DNA of 64,000 nucleotides from a phage: sequence record PX393109.1; one strand, 5' to 3'. Shown piece by piece: positions 55,168 to 63,627 of this stretch (position 1 is its first letter; each line of letters starts with the position of its first letter). The notes under the pieces were generated by a model. It saw only the letters and a program-made list of their open reading frames with translations, ran no database searches and was not told where the DNA came from. The position numbers and the translations under genes were made by a program.

Positions 55168-55269
55168 ATGATTAATCCAATAGTCGTTGCTATATTCTTC
55201 GTATTATATGTAGCCAACGCAATTTATGTAGATGGTTGGGACAGTATTATATTAGCTTTCAATAGCTGA
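55168..55269 (+). CDS. candidate 33-aa hydrophobic peptide
   Basis: MINPIVVAIFFVLYVANAIYVDGWDSIILAFNS, ATG preceded by CAGGAGAG; inside the RNA island. Confidence 0.25.
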   Translation: MINPIVVAIFFVLYVANAIYVDGWDSIILAFNS

Positions 55270-55275
55270 TTTTAT

Positions 55276-55343
55276 GATGACCTCTTAGTTCACGTTAACT
55301 ACACTCCATGTAGCTTTTCGCGATGGTAAGCTAAGAGGTCATC
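55276..55343 (+). promoter_or_regulatory. 13-bp perfect inverted repeat hairpin with ~42-nt loop
   Basis: GATGACCTCTTAG ... CTAAGAGGTCATC. Confidence 0.45.
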
Positions 55344-55359
55344 CTAAAATGGAGGATTT

Positions 55360-55563
55360 ATGGAAACTACTTTTCATAAGCTAAGAAGTATTGTTAATGA
55401 AGCTAAATGTCCAGAATGTGGAGGTTTAGGAGAGTGTGACGATGCTGAGCCTGGTGATATCTTCTGTCGGACTTGGGTCTGCGGGGAGTGTCACGGAACA
55501 GGCATGAATAAATCTGTTAAGCAGGTAGAAGAATTAATAAGCTCCCTTAGCTCAGCTGGATAG
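55360..55563 (+). CDS. small zinc-ribbon protein (overlaps 5' end of tRNA-Arg)
   Basis: CPECGG...CGECHGTG; GGAGG RBS; the last 8 codons are the tRNA 5' arm. Confidence 0.35.
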   Translation: METTFHKLRSIVNEAKCPECGGLGECDDAEPGDIFCRTWVCGECHGTGMNKSVKQVEELISSLSSAG

Positions 55564-55617
55564 AGCAGTAGCCTTCTAAGCTATTGGTCACAGGTTCGAA
55601 TCCTGTAGGGAGTACCA
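55541..55617 (+). tRNA. tRNA-Arg (anticodon UCU)
   Basis: cloverleaf traced by hand: acceptor GCTCCCT/AGGGAGT, D-arm GCTC/GAGC, anticodon loop CTTCTAA, T-arm ACAGG-TTCGAAT-CCTGT, encoded CCA. Confidence 0.85.
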
Positions 55618-55649
55618 CCTTAACGGGATCTCCACATTTTTGGATACGT

Positions 55650-55718
55650 CCCCATTATCACATGTACCGGAGCAGGGTAGTCACGGCTGTCTGGATGGCT
55701 TAGGCCATGATAATGGGG
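55650..55718 (+). ncRNA. tRNA-sized structured element between the two tRNAs (degenerate tRNA or processing element?)
   Basis: 11-bp perfect terminal stem CCCCATTATCA/TGATAATGGGG enclosing internal hairpin ATGGC-TTAG-GCCAT. Confidence 0.3.
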
Positions 55719-55762
55719 AGTTTGGCAAATCCTCTAGTGTGGGCCACGGTCCCGACCAGTTC

Positions 55763-55838
55763 GGCCCATTAGCTCAGTGGTGAGAGCAGTCGACTCATAA
55801 TCGATTGGTCACTGGTTCGAAACCAGTATGGGCCACCA
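55763..55838 (+). tRNA. tRNA-Met (anticodon CAU; could be a lysidine-modified Ile reader)
   Basis: acceptor GGCCCAT/ATGGGCC, D-arm GCTC/GAGC, anticodon loop CTCATAA, T-arm CTGG-TTCGAAA-CCAG, encoded CCA. Confidence 0.85.
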
Positions 55839-55967
55839 TCTTTAAATGGTCACCGGGAACTAATAATCCGAGTGTACTGAAACGGTCTGGTATGATGCCT
55901 AAGACCTGGAACGATCTGTGTTGACCCGAACGGATGGCAGCTAAGTGGAATAATCGGGTCCCTAATT

Positions 55968-56004
55968 ACGCTCTTTTGATGAATCGAAAGGCTGTTAAAT
56001 TGCA
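55968..56004 (+). promoter_or_regulatory. conserved intergenic motif copy 10
   Basis: ACGCTCTTTTGATGAATCGAAAGGCTGTTAAATTGCA; immediately upstream of structured element B. Confidence 0.45.
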
Positions 56005-56069
56005 GTACGCTCCATACACTACGGTCCGTCGTAGATGCCAGATTATTCGGATATGACTTAAGCTAAGTC

Positions 56070-56490
56070 CCGAAGCGGTCTGGGAGGAGTGACATTAAGA
56101 AGGTAGTTTGGGTATTTACCCTAATCGGCGCTTCCTGGTTGAGCAGAGATGAATGCATAGTCTCACCGATCGGCCTATCTTCGAATACGGACATAAATCC
56201 TAATGTAGCTTATTGGCGCGGAGTGCCTAGTCCCTGGCTTCGCCAATGTTAGGTTGGATATGACTGGTAGCGGATGCTTACTAGCCATCTCCAGGGGACT
56301 TAGTGTAGCTATCGCCTGCGTATCGCGTAGCAGAACGAGGTAAAGCCCGAAGTGGCTTTAGAGAGTGATGCAGGGGTAGGCTCGGGTGGTCGCAGGCGCT
56401 CATCCGGTAGGATTGGTGAAGCGGAGGTCGCGCCGCCTCAAGCGGGCGCGACTCCTTCGCTCTCTACTTTGACTAATTGGGATAAAGGTG
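56070..56490 (+). ncRNA. candidate large structured RNA element, copy B (paralogue of 2870-3270); 5' leader of glycosyltransferase gene
   Basis: ~620 bp ORF-free; shares TCTGGGA(A/G)GAG, TGCGT..CGCGTAG, TAAAGCCC(A/G)AAGTGGCTTTAG, AGGCTCGGGTGG, GATAA(A)GG with copy A at conserved spacing; compensatory GC hairpin (CGCGCCGC/GCGGGCGCG). Confidence 0.4.
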
Positions 56491-56632
56491 TTACTCCGCT
56501 CTTTCGCTAAGCCTCTGTACTCCTCGAGTACGCTTCCCTTAGCATAGGTAAGAGGTAACTAATAAGTATTTATTTACTAATTTACTCTATTAGGTCCCTA
56601 TCCAGTTTAAAATAAATAACATAGAGGTAACT

Positions 56633-57424
56633 ATGAGTCAGAATTATTTCCAGCTTTGGGTAGGACCAAAGATGCCTATCCATGTTCGGGAATGCATTAA
56701 ATCCTTACAGAAATATGGACCTAAGGACCATGTGCTGGTGATCGATAATACTGAAAACATTATCGAAGGGTGCCGATGCATTATGATCCAGGATTTATTC
56801 GCCAGAGATCCTATCATGGAGAAAGCGTATAATATCCTGAAGACTAAGGCTAAGATGGCCTCTGTATGTGATTACCTGCGACTCAAGATTCAGGTAATGA
56901 TGGATCTTCGTGGTTACTCCTATGTTGATGCTGATACACTCTTTATCCGAAGCCCTCACGAAACCTACACTCCTCACGAGACTCAGGTACGCGTTTATTC
57001 CCCTCGGTTAGACTACTGCGAAATCAACATGTGGACCTCCCCCAGCAATAATCAGGCATTCATGTCTCTGATGCTGAAGGAGATAGAGACTCATGCTTTA
57101 TCTCTGGAAAATGGTGGTAAGTTCCCTAACTACTCCTATTACCAGGATGTATTCAGTCGTTACCTGACTGACGACTACCCGCAATTCCTCGATATGTGCC
57201 AATATATCGAAGTATCAAAGCCTATCTCTTATCACGCATTCGAGAAGTACATCGTCGACCGTAAAGAACTTACGGAACGTCAGACTGCTAAGGTATGGTC
57301 TAAGCACTGTGTATGTATTCATATGTACAGACCTACCCGCATGAAGCGTGAAGATGCTACTCGTCTGGATGTGCTCGTCTATGACTTGATTCGCGATTAT
57401 CAGGATACCGACCCACGGTATTGA
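56633..57424 (+). CDS. glycosyltransferase, GT32-like (Gly_transf_sug fold with DxD)
   Basis: FQLWVGP...ASVCDYLRLKIQ...GYSYVDADTLF matches the H-x-IW-G / A-SD-R / Y-D-D signature. Confidence 0.5.
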   Translation: MSQNYFQLWVGPKMPIHVRECIKSLQKYGPKDHVLVIDNTENIIEGCRCIMIQDLFARDPIMEKAYNILKTKAKMASVCDYLRLKIQVMMDLRGYSYVDADTLFIRSPHETYTPHETQVRVYSPRLDYCEINMWTSPSNNQAFMSLMLKEIETHALSLENGGKFPNYSYYQDVFSRYLTDDYPQFLDMCQYIEVSKPISYHAFEKYIVDRKELTERQTAKVWSKHCVCIHMYRPTRMKREDATRLDVLVYDLIRDYQDTDPRY

Positions 57425-57431
57425 TCTGAAC

Positions 57432-57475
57432 TCCGCCGTTTTAATGACCTAAAAGGCTGTTAAAGCGGTGGAGGC
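57432..57475 (+). promoter_or_regulatory. conserved intergenic motif copy 11
   Basis: TCCGCCGTTTTAATGACCTAAAAGGCTGTTAAAGCGGTGGAGG. Confidence 0.45.
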
Positions 57476-57521
57476 GTATCCAACGTCCTTCTGTGTTCAA
57501 TCTACTCGTTGTGTAAAAATT

Positions 57522-57839
57522 ATGTATGGTTCAGACGTTAGTCAAATAAGACGATGTCCATCACGGATCTTTCAGTCATATTGCGAACTTGAAGATGTGT
57601 CGAACATCGTTAACGAGCTAAAGAAGATCCAGGGTGCTGTAGTTAGTGAGCCGTGTAAAGTATTCCGTAAAGCCTCTAATTCTATGATTTGGCAGATCAG
57701 GATTACCATGTATAATATGCGATTCGCTAACATGATACATGGATTCGATGGTCTTCAATTCGAAGAGATAGAGAACCCGTATAGTTTAAGAATGTACAAA
57801 GATCATACTATAAAAGAGGAGCTAGACAATGCCTTATAA
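57522..57839 (+). CDS. hypothetical protein
   Basis: ORF track 57468..57839 begins with GTG inside a motif copy; first ATG at 57522, weak RBS. Confidence 0.35.
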   Translation: MYGSDVSQIRRCPSRIFQSYCELEDVSNIVNELKKIQGAVVSEPCKVFRKASNSMIWQIRITMYNMRFANMIHGFDGLQFEEIENPYSLRMYKDHTIKEELDNAL

Positions 57840-58077
57840 TAATAATCCGTTCTCGAGACACAAGAAACCTGCTGGGAAGAAACACTTCCGTAGACCACCT
57901 GATACTCGTGAATTCGTAGGCGTAGTCCTCCCCAACGGCCTCCTGGCGACTGGTCAGAAGATCGATGATACCAATAGTGTCAAGATTACATCGGTAGAAG
58001 ATGGTGTAAGCTTTGACTTCGTTGGTAAGATCTTCGAAGGTCTTCAGGTAACGGAATCTCGTCACCGCCCATTCTAA
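57829..58077 (+). CDS. hypothetical small basic protein
   Basis: 82-aa ORF. Confidence 0.45.
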   Translation: MPYNNNPFSRHKKPAGKKHFRRPPDTREFVGVVLPNGLLATGQKIDDTNSVKITSVEDGVSFDFVGKIFEGLQVTESRHRPF

Positions 58078-58120
58078 TATGTTTACTCAGGGGAGGTAAA
58101 ACTCCCCATTAGGAGAAATT

Positions 58121-58432
58121 ATGGAAACGTTACATATTTCAGATAGTTCTGAAGCTAAGTATTGTGTTGGTCAGATGAAAGATGGTAAGATCTCTTACAT
58201 CTCGGAGCGAGCTCAGGCGACAGATAGACTTTGGCAGGATAATCACAAGAACGCGACTGGTTATCAGAGCTACGAAGATGCTCTGTCTATGTTGATCCGT
58301 ACTTGCATGATTCATCCTACTATCCAATTAGAAGTATTTGAAATAGTAGCTACCACACGTATTGAAGCCAATCGTAGTGGCGTAATCCATACCAGAGATA
58401 ATATTCTGGGAACTGTTAAAGACCACCTTTAA
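58121..58432 (+). CDS. hypothetical protein
   Basis: 103-aa ORF with AGGAGAAATT RBS. Confidence 0.5.
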   Translation: METLHISDSSEAKYCVGQMKDGKISYISERAQATDRLWQDNHKNATGYQSYEDALSMLIRTCMIHPTIQLEVFEIVATTRIEANRSGVIHTRDNILGTVKDHL

Positions 58433-58433
58433 T

Positions 58434-58462
58434 TAGCGTCGAAAGGCTGTTAAACTGTGGCA
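58434..58462 (+). promoter_or_regulatory. conserved intergenic motif copy 12 (3' half only)
   Basis: TTAGCGTCGAAAGGCTGTTAAACTGTGGC; 16 nt before RBS of the 58478 gene. Confidence 0.45.
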
Positions 58463-58477
58463 CCCAAGGAGAATACA

Positions 58478-58996
58478 ATGAGTACTGTAGTAATTAACAG
58501 CCTAGACCCATTTGCTAAGATGCTTCTTAATTCGGGAGTAGAATACAAAGGCTCACCTACTGAGTCGTTATCAGCATGGAAACGTGATCTCCGAAGCTAT
58601 TCGAGTATCTACGTTATCTTACTGAACTCTAAGTACTTACTAAATGTGTCTATCCGACAGAACGTAGTAGTTCATGGGATATTTGATACGGAAGAAGGTA
58701 AGGGTTACTTCACTGAACTCGACATCGGAGATTTCGATAGACTGTTCGGCGAGACCTTCACCCAGATTCCTGCTGATCGTATCACCATCAATAACAGACT
58801 CGCGTTTCCTAAGGTCTCGAACAAGATTAAGTGTATCGAAGATCTGTCTCGTGAGTTGATCGTTAAGATGGCCGCTACTCCTGAGTTCTTAAGCTGGGGA
58901 GAGAAGGCTATGGTCGTTAGGGCTATTCGTATAGCTCAGGAATATGTCGAGAATGCGGCAGATGTCCAGTTACTTTACCAGAGTAAAGAGGAGTAA
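58478..58996 (+). CDS. hypothetical protein
   Basis: ORF track 58457..58996; ATG 58478 with AAGGAG RBS; motif copy upstream. Confidence 0.5.
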   Translation: MSTVVINSLDPFAKMLLNSGVEYKGSPTESLSAWKRDLRSYSSIYVILLNSKYLLNVSIRQNVVVHGIFDTEEGKGYFTELDIGDFDRLFGETFTQIPADRITINNRLAFPKVSNKIKCIEDLSRELIVKMAATPEFLSWGEKAMVVRAIRIAQEYVENAADVQLLYQSKEE

Positions 58997-58998
58997 TT

Positions 58999-60639
58999 AT
59001 GTCTGTAAAGCTAGAGGATCTTGTAGGGAAGAAGGCTAAGGTAAATCCGGATGTGTCTAAAGCCATTCGTATGGAATTAGCCAAGATTCAGAACGAGTCG
59101 GCTGGTAAAGAGTATACTATACACTTTACTCGTGAGTCTCGGATGTTGTGCAAGATCACAGCTGACGATCAGGAAGCACTGAAACAGATTCATATGTTCT
59201 CCACAGCCATCGAAGATGTGATGGAATATAACTGGAGAATGAAACGGATGTTCCCGACTCGTAAAGAGATTAAATATACGAGTCTATTTGCTGGTGAAGT
59301 TAATTGCCAGCTCGGTGTAGGTCAGATGTTATATCAGCTGATCAACTCAGGAGCTCAGGTAATTCCTGGTGCTACTGCGATAGCTACGTCTGATGATCCT
59401 ACCCAGTTCGATAATAGTCTGGAAGAGCCAGCATTCGAGTTCAGTCGTAAATGGCTGGATGTATTCGAAAATCACCCTAAGCCTGAAAAGGGTAAGATTC
59501 AGATGAGTGCGGCAGATGCTATCTGTCACTCTAAGTTCGGGATCATCGGGTTATATACGGGTGCTGGTAAAACAGAACTGCTGATCGGTACTGCTGAGTC
59601 TGTACTGGAAGCGGGTCTGACAGAGAAAGTGTTGATCTATACTTTCGCTAACCGAGTTAAGGAAGAGATTATTCTACGTGCTGCTAAGTACGGGGTAACT
59701 ATTCCGTGGGATCTGGATGTAAATAGTCCGATTAACGTTATTAATCCGGCGGGACTCCAGAGAACCAATAAGTACAAGAAAGGTGAGTACTCCGAGTTCT
59801 TTAATCAGGTTAACTGTATTATAGCCGACGAGGCTCACCACTTCTCTGCATCTGGTTGGCAGAGACTTACAGAACTTATCGATCCCGAGTATATCTGGGG
59901 AACTACGGCCACTGGGGATTCTCTGGAGGGCGTCAGTTTACTCGTCGAGGGATTTAAGTTTGGTGCTTCGAGTAAGGGGATGGCGGTATTAGCATACTGT
60001 GGACCATCTATTATCGAGCATGACCTACCTGTTCCGGTAGAGTTAACCGAAATATTAGTTGAGATGTCAGAAGACAGATCTGTTATTGCCAAGTATCAGA
60101 AAGAGCGACCCGAGTATATGTTAGGTAGTTTGTACCTGCATATGGGTAGCATGATGACTGCTGAGGCTATTAAACGAACTTATAATGAAGTATTCGGTGG
60201 TAAAGGTATAACCTATATCCCGATGGTTCAGGTCGAAGATGGTGTTCAGATGGCTAGAAATCTGAATGCTATCGGTATCGATACTGTATTCTTCTCGAGT
60301 TCGGTAGTTTGGACACCTGTAGGCGAAGCGGAAGGGTTAGGACTTGACGAGCTCAAGGAACTGGCTGAGGATTTAGCATTCAAAGTGCTGATCACTACTT
60401 CCGTTGGTACCGAAGGGATCGACATCCCTAACTTAGATTCTATTATACCCTTAACTGGCAAGTCATACAAGAGCGTAATCCAGACTATCGGTCGTTCGGC
60501 TCGTGGTGATGCGGTTAAGGTAGGACTCTTCTTCGATAAGCATAATTATATGCTGAATAAGCAGATGAAGTCCAAGATGGAAACTATTAAAAGTAGACTG
60601 AAAGTAATCAGTCACACTAAGGTATCATTTCGCAAATAG
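58999..60639 (+). CDS. SF2 DEAD/DEAH-box-like helicase
   Basis: Walker A GAGKTE, motif II IADEAHHF, motif III TTAT, motif V TSVGTEGIDIP, motif VI QTIGRSARG. Confidence 0.7.
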   Translation: MSVKLEDLVGKKAKVNPDVSKAIRMELAKIQNESAGKEYTIHFTRESRMLCKITADDQEALKQIHMFSTAIEDVMEYNWRMKRMFPTRKEIKYTSLFAGEVNCQLGVGQMLYQLINSGAQVIPGATAIATSDDPTQFDNSLEEPAFEFSRKWLDVFENHPKPEKGKIQMSAADAICHSKFGIIGLYTGAGKTELLIGTAESVLEAGLTEKVLIYTFANRVKEEIILRAAKYGVTIPWDLDVNSPINVINPAGLQRTNKYKKGEYSEFFNQVNCIIADEAHHFSASGWQRLTELIDPEYIWGTTATGDSLEGVSLLVEGFKFGASSKGMAVLAYCGPSIIEHDLPVPVELTEILVEMSEDRSVIAKYQKERPEYMLGSLYLHMGSMMTAEAIKRTYNEVFGGKGITYIPMVQVEDGVQMARNLNAIGIDTVFFSSSVVWTPVGEAEGLGLDELKELAEDLAFKVLITTSVGTEGIDIPNLDSIIPLTGKSYKSVIQTIGRSARGDAVKVGLFFDKHNYMLNKQMKSKMETIKSRLKVISHTKVSFRK

Positions 60640-60648
60640 GACATAGAA

Positions 60649-61908
60649 ATGTCAGAGATCACACACGTAGCAAGTTTGTTTAACCCTAAGATCAAAGAGT
60701 CTATGGGACTCACGATTAATGATCTTCCCTGGTCTACTGAGATTGCAAGAACCCTCGTGGAGTCCGGTATTAAGTTACAGGATGCCACCCCAGCTGTAAT
60801 TCACTCGATACTTGGTGAGGTATGTCCTGCAGAGGACATATCTAACTTTGTTGAGTTGGCCGAGAATTTCCGTCTGGTTAACGATCCTAAAGAAATTGAG
60901 AAGATTGTGAATAACTTCTTCCGATTCTATCAGGAGCGTAAACTGACAGAGATCATGAAAGCTAACTCCGAAGATACCGGTATGTTGATTGATCTGATTC
61001 GTGATATTCCACGTAGTCTGACTTCGACTATTCCGGTACATACTCTGGGTGGTCTGGATGTAGATACTGTAATGGAACATGACATCGGTGGCTTAGATGG
61101 CGTATTCCAGTCTACTCTGGATGTGGTTACTGAAGCCTCGGTATTTAATGGCTATATTCCTGGTCAGGTAATTCAGTTCGTAGGTCGTCCTGGTGGTGGT
61201 AAATCTGCTATCATGCTACAGGAAGTCCTCGGATTCGCTACACAGGGTCGTCGCACTTTATGGGTAGCTCTTGGCGACTTAACTCGCTACGACTTCTTAT
61301 CTCGTGCTACGGCGGTGATCACCGGTACTCCTTATGCTAAGGTTGTCGCCGAACTGAATAAACACCTTACCGACGACGTTCGTGAGATCCTGAACTATAT
61401 CGACCTGATTACAGTGCCTTCTCGTAGTCTCGGTGCTGAAGATCTGGAAGAATACCTGGATAGTTGTCGAGGTAAGAAGCGCTACGACTGTCTGGTAGTG
61501 GACTATGACTCCAACCTTAAGCGTCCGGAAACAGGAAGTATGTATGACGATGGTGGTCATATCTATGACATCCTGACTTCCATAGCTAAACCTATCTACG
61601 AACCTGCTCGCCTGGTGTTCGTTGCCTCTCAGCCTAAGATTCAATACTGGGGAGAGGAAGAACTGAATATCGATTCTGCTGGTGAATCTGCTCGTAAGCA
61701 GCAGAACGTAGATATGATGGTTACGGTCGGTCTGAGTCCTCGTAGTGAGAAGCACTGCGGTATTCTTAAAGTGGCTAAGTGCCGTCGTGGTAAGGACGGA
61801 ATTAGCTCACCTTGGATCATGAGAGCTCATGGTGAAATCGAACAGATTACTCGTGATGTGTATTCTCGCCTACAGACTTATGGTGGCAGAGGTGGTCGGA
61901 GGAACTAA
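60649..61908 (+). CDS. DnaB-family (RecA-fold) replicative helicase-like protein
   Basis: Walker A GRPGGGKSAIMLQ, Walker B-like LVVDYDSNL, arginine finger-like KCRRGKDG in a C-terminal ATPase domain. Confidence 0.55.
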   Translation: MSEITHVASLFNPKIKESMGLTINDLPWSTEIARTLVESGIKLQDATPAVIHSILGEVCPAEDISNFVELAENFRLVNDPKEIEKIVNNFFRFYQERKLTEIMKANSEDTGMLIDLIRDIPRSLTSTIPVHTLGGLDVDTVMEHDIGGLDGVFQSTLDVVTEASVFNGYIPGQVIQFVGRPGGGKSAIMLQEVLGFATQGRRTLWVALGDLTRYDFLSRATAVITGTPYAKVVAELNKHLTDDVREILNYIDLITVPSRSLGAEDLEEYLDSCRGKKRYDCLVVDYDSNLKRPETGSMYDDGGHIYDILTSIAKPIYEPARLVFVASQPKIQYWGEEELNIDSAGESARKQQNVDMMVTVGLSPRSEKHCGILKVAKCRRGKDGISSPWIMRAHGEIEQITRDVYSRLQTYGGRGGRRN

Positions 61909-62357
61909 TGGAAGTATTAGGAACTCATAACTACATTCTGCAATACGGAGGGAATTTCCCCTCCGTGAACGAAATGTATAAAGTCGGGAGGGCTCGTGGA
62001 GGAAGATCGTGGGTCTATCTCGACCCTAGCATCAAGGACTTTAAGGAGTGGGTGAAATCCTCCTTAGATATGCAGGGAGCTAGAGAAGCATTTCTGCCAT
62101 ATAAAGGTAAGTCCGTGATGTTGAATATCCGCATGATATTCTCGTTCAGCCAATCATTCTGGACTCGCGATGTATCTAACCTGATTAAAGCAGTGGAAGA
62201 TGCGGTCAAGGAAGCTATTAGCATAGATGATCGATTCACGATCACCTTGAATATGGATAAACTAATCAATGATAAAGATAATTACGAATACCTGATTTTA
62301 ATCACGGAGGTATGCGAACTAGACGAAAAGTCTATCTCTTTATCAAGTATGGGGTAA
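61908..62357 (+). CDS. RusA-like Holliday junction resolvase
   Basis: PSVNEMYK...RDVSNLIKAVEDAVKEAISIDDRF resembles the RusA catalytic D-x-D/K-A-x-x-D-A core. Confidence 0.5.
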   Translation: MEVLGTHNYILQYGGNFPSVNEMYKVGRARGGRSWVYLDPSIKDFKEWVKSSLDMQGAREAFLPYKGKSVMLNIRMIFSFSQSFWTRDVSNLIKAVEDAVKEAISIDDRFTITLNMDKLINDKDNYEYLILITEVCELDEKSISLSSMG

Positions 62358-62360
62358 TGT

Positions 62361-62588
62361 ATGAGTGTAAAGCTGTCCGATATCGTAGGTACCCTACCCA
62401 ACGAAGCCATGGTATTTATGGTGCTGAGTTCCATAAGTCCAGGCAACTCCATAGAGAGTAAATACGGAACTATTACTCGTGTTTCCGACGAGGAGTTCAA
62501 AATATCTATCAACGATGCAGTTAGCATTAAGCAGGATTTCGTGGATGAGGGTGATCCGGATGCTGGTCTGAGGAAGATATTTAAATGA
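62361..62588 (+). CDS. hypothetical small protein
   Basis: 75-aa ORF. Confidence 0.45.
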   Translation: MSVKLSDIVGTLPNEAMVFMVLSSISPGNSIESKYGTITRVSDEEFKISINDAVSIKQDFVDEGDPDAGLRKIFK

Positions 62589-63625
62589 TAAAAGAGATGG
62601 TAGAGATCCTCGAGAACGCTACCGTCGAAAAGCTAGTTGAATTGGTGAATAGGGAGATCAATTCTGTGAAGAGGGATTCTCGTACCCTATTCACCTTATC
62701 ACTAGCCATAGTCCGACGGGTGTGTACCTATTATAAATTCAGAGGACAGACCGAAGAGGCATTATCTTCTGCAGTGACCAGCTTAACCTACATGCTGCTC
62801 ACTACCACAGAAGAAGTTACACGGGATCATCTCGAGTCGATAATTAAGAAAGAAGTAAAGCAAGTATCGATCGACATGCTAGAACCCGAATTAGCCGAGA
62901 ACTCAGATTTTTACAAGGCTCTGGAGTTAGGCAATAGTTACAGCGTTAGACAGGAAGTGGCTGTCCATCGCTATGTTAATCTTTGGAATCAGTTCCTCCC
63001 TAACCGATTCAAACCTATCATCCAGCTATATTTAGACTGGGGAGTGGTTATGGTCGAGCATCTTGATCTGACAGACAGGATCATCGTGACTCGTATACTC
63101 GAACATATGGGAGCAATCGTGACCGACGTAGATATTAAAGCGATACAGGATCTGATTCCTAAGACGAATACAGAGAAGATGATGTTCCTGTCGATTCTGG
63201 CAGAGCACCATCCTGAACTATTCCTGCTGCTTACATCTATCAAAGACATAGGCAAATTCTTTACCTTCCTGGAACTACTGAATGGCCGGAAAGGGTTCCC
63301 GAAGGTGTCTAAGGTCGTCTCGATATTGGAAACAGTCCGCAAGAATAGTGTACTGGATTCTATTAAATCGGACATCTTCCAGGACAATGTGATGCTGGCT
63401 GTGATGCTGGACGGTATTACGTTCAACCCAGACAGTATTGGATTTACCTTTGCTGACTCAGTTCGTAAGGTAATCAAGGAAGAGACCAGTATCTACTTAG
63501 GTGCTCTGGATAAGTTAGCCAACCGAGTAGATAATGATCCGTCAGTATTGGTTCGTATGTACTCGATCATCAATACAGAAGAGCAGCATCGGGCTAAAAT
63601 GATAGACCGACTGCGTAAGGTGTAG
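62585..63625 (+). CDS. hypothetical protein
   Basis: 346-aa ORF, coupled start. Confidence 0.5.
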   Translation: MIKEMVEILENATVEKLVELVNREINSVKRDSRTLFTLSLAIVRRVCTYYKFRGQTEEALSSAVTSLTYMLLTTTEEVTRDHLESIIKKEVKQVSIDMLEPELAENSDFYKALELGNSYSVRQEVAVHRYVNLWNQFLPNRFKPIIQLYLDWGVVMVEHLDLTDRIIVTRILEHMGAIVTDVDIKAIQDLIPKTNTEKMMFLSILAEHHPELFLLLTSIKDIGKFFTFLELLNGRKGFPKVSKVVSILETVRKNSVLDSIKSDIFQDNVMLAVMLDGITFNPDSIGFTFADSVRKVIKEETSIYLGALDKLANRVDNDPSVLVRMYSIINTEEQHRAKMIDRLRKV

Positions 63626-63627
63626 TC

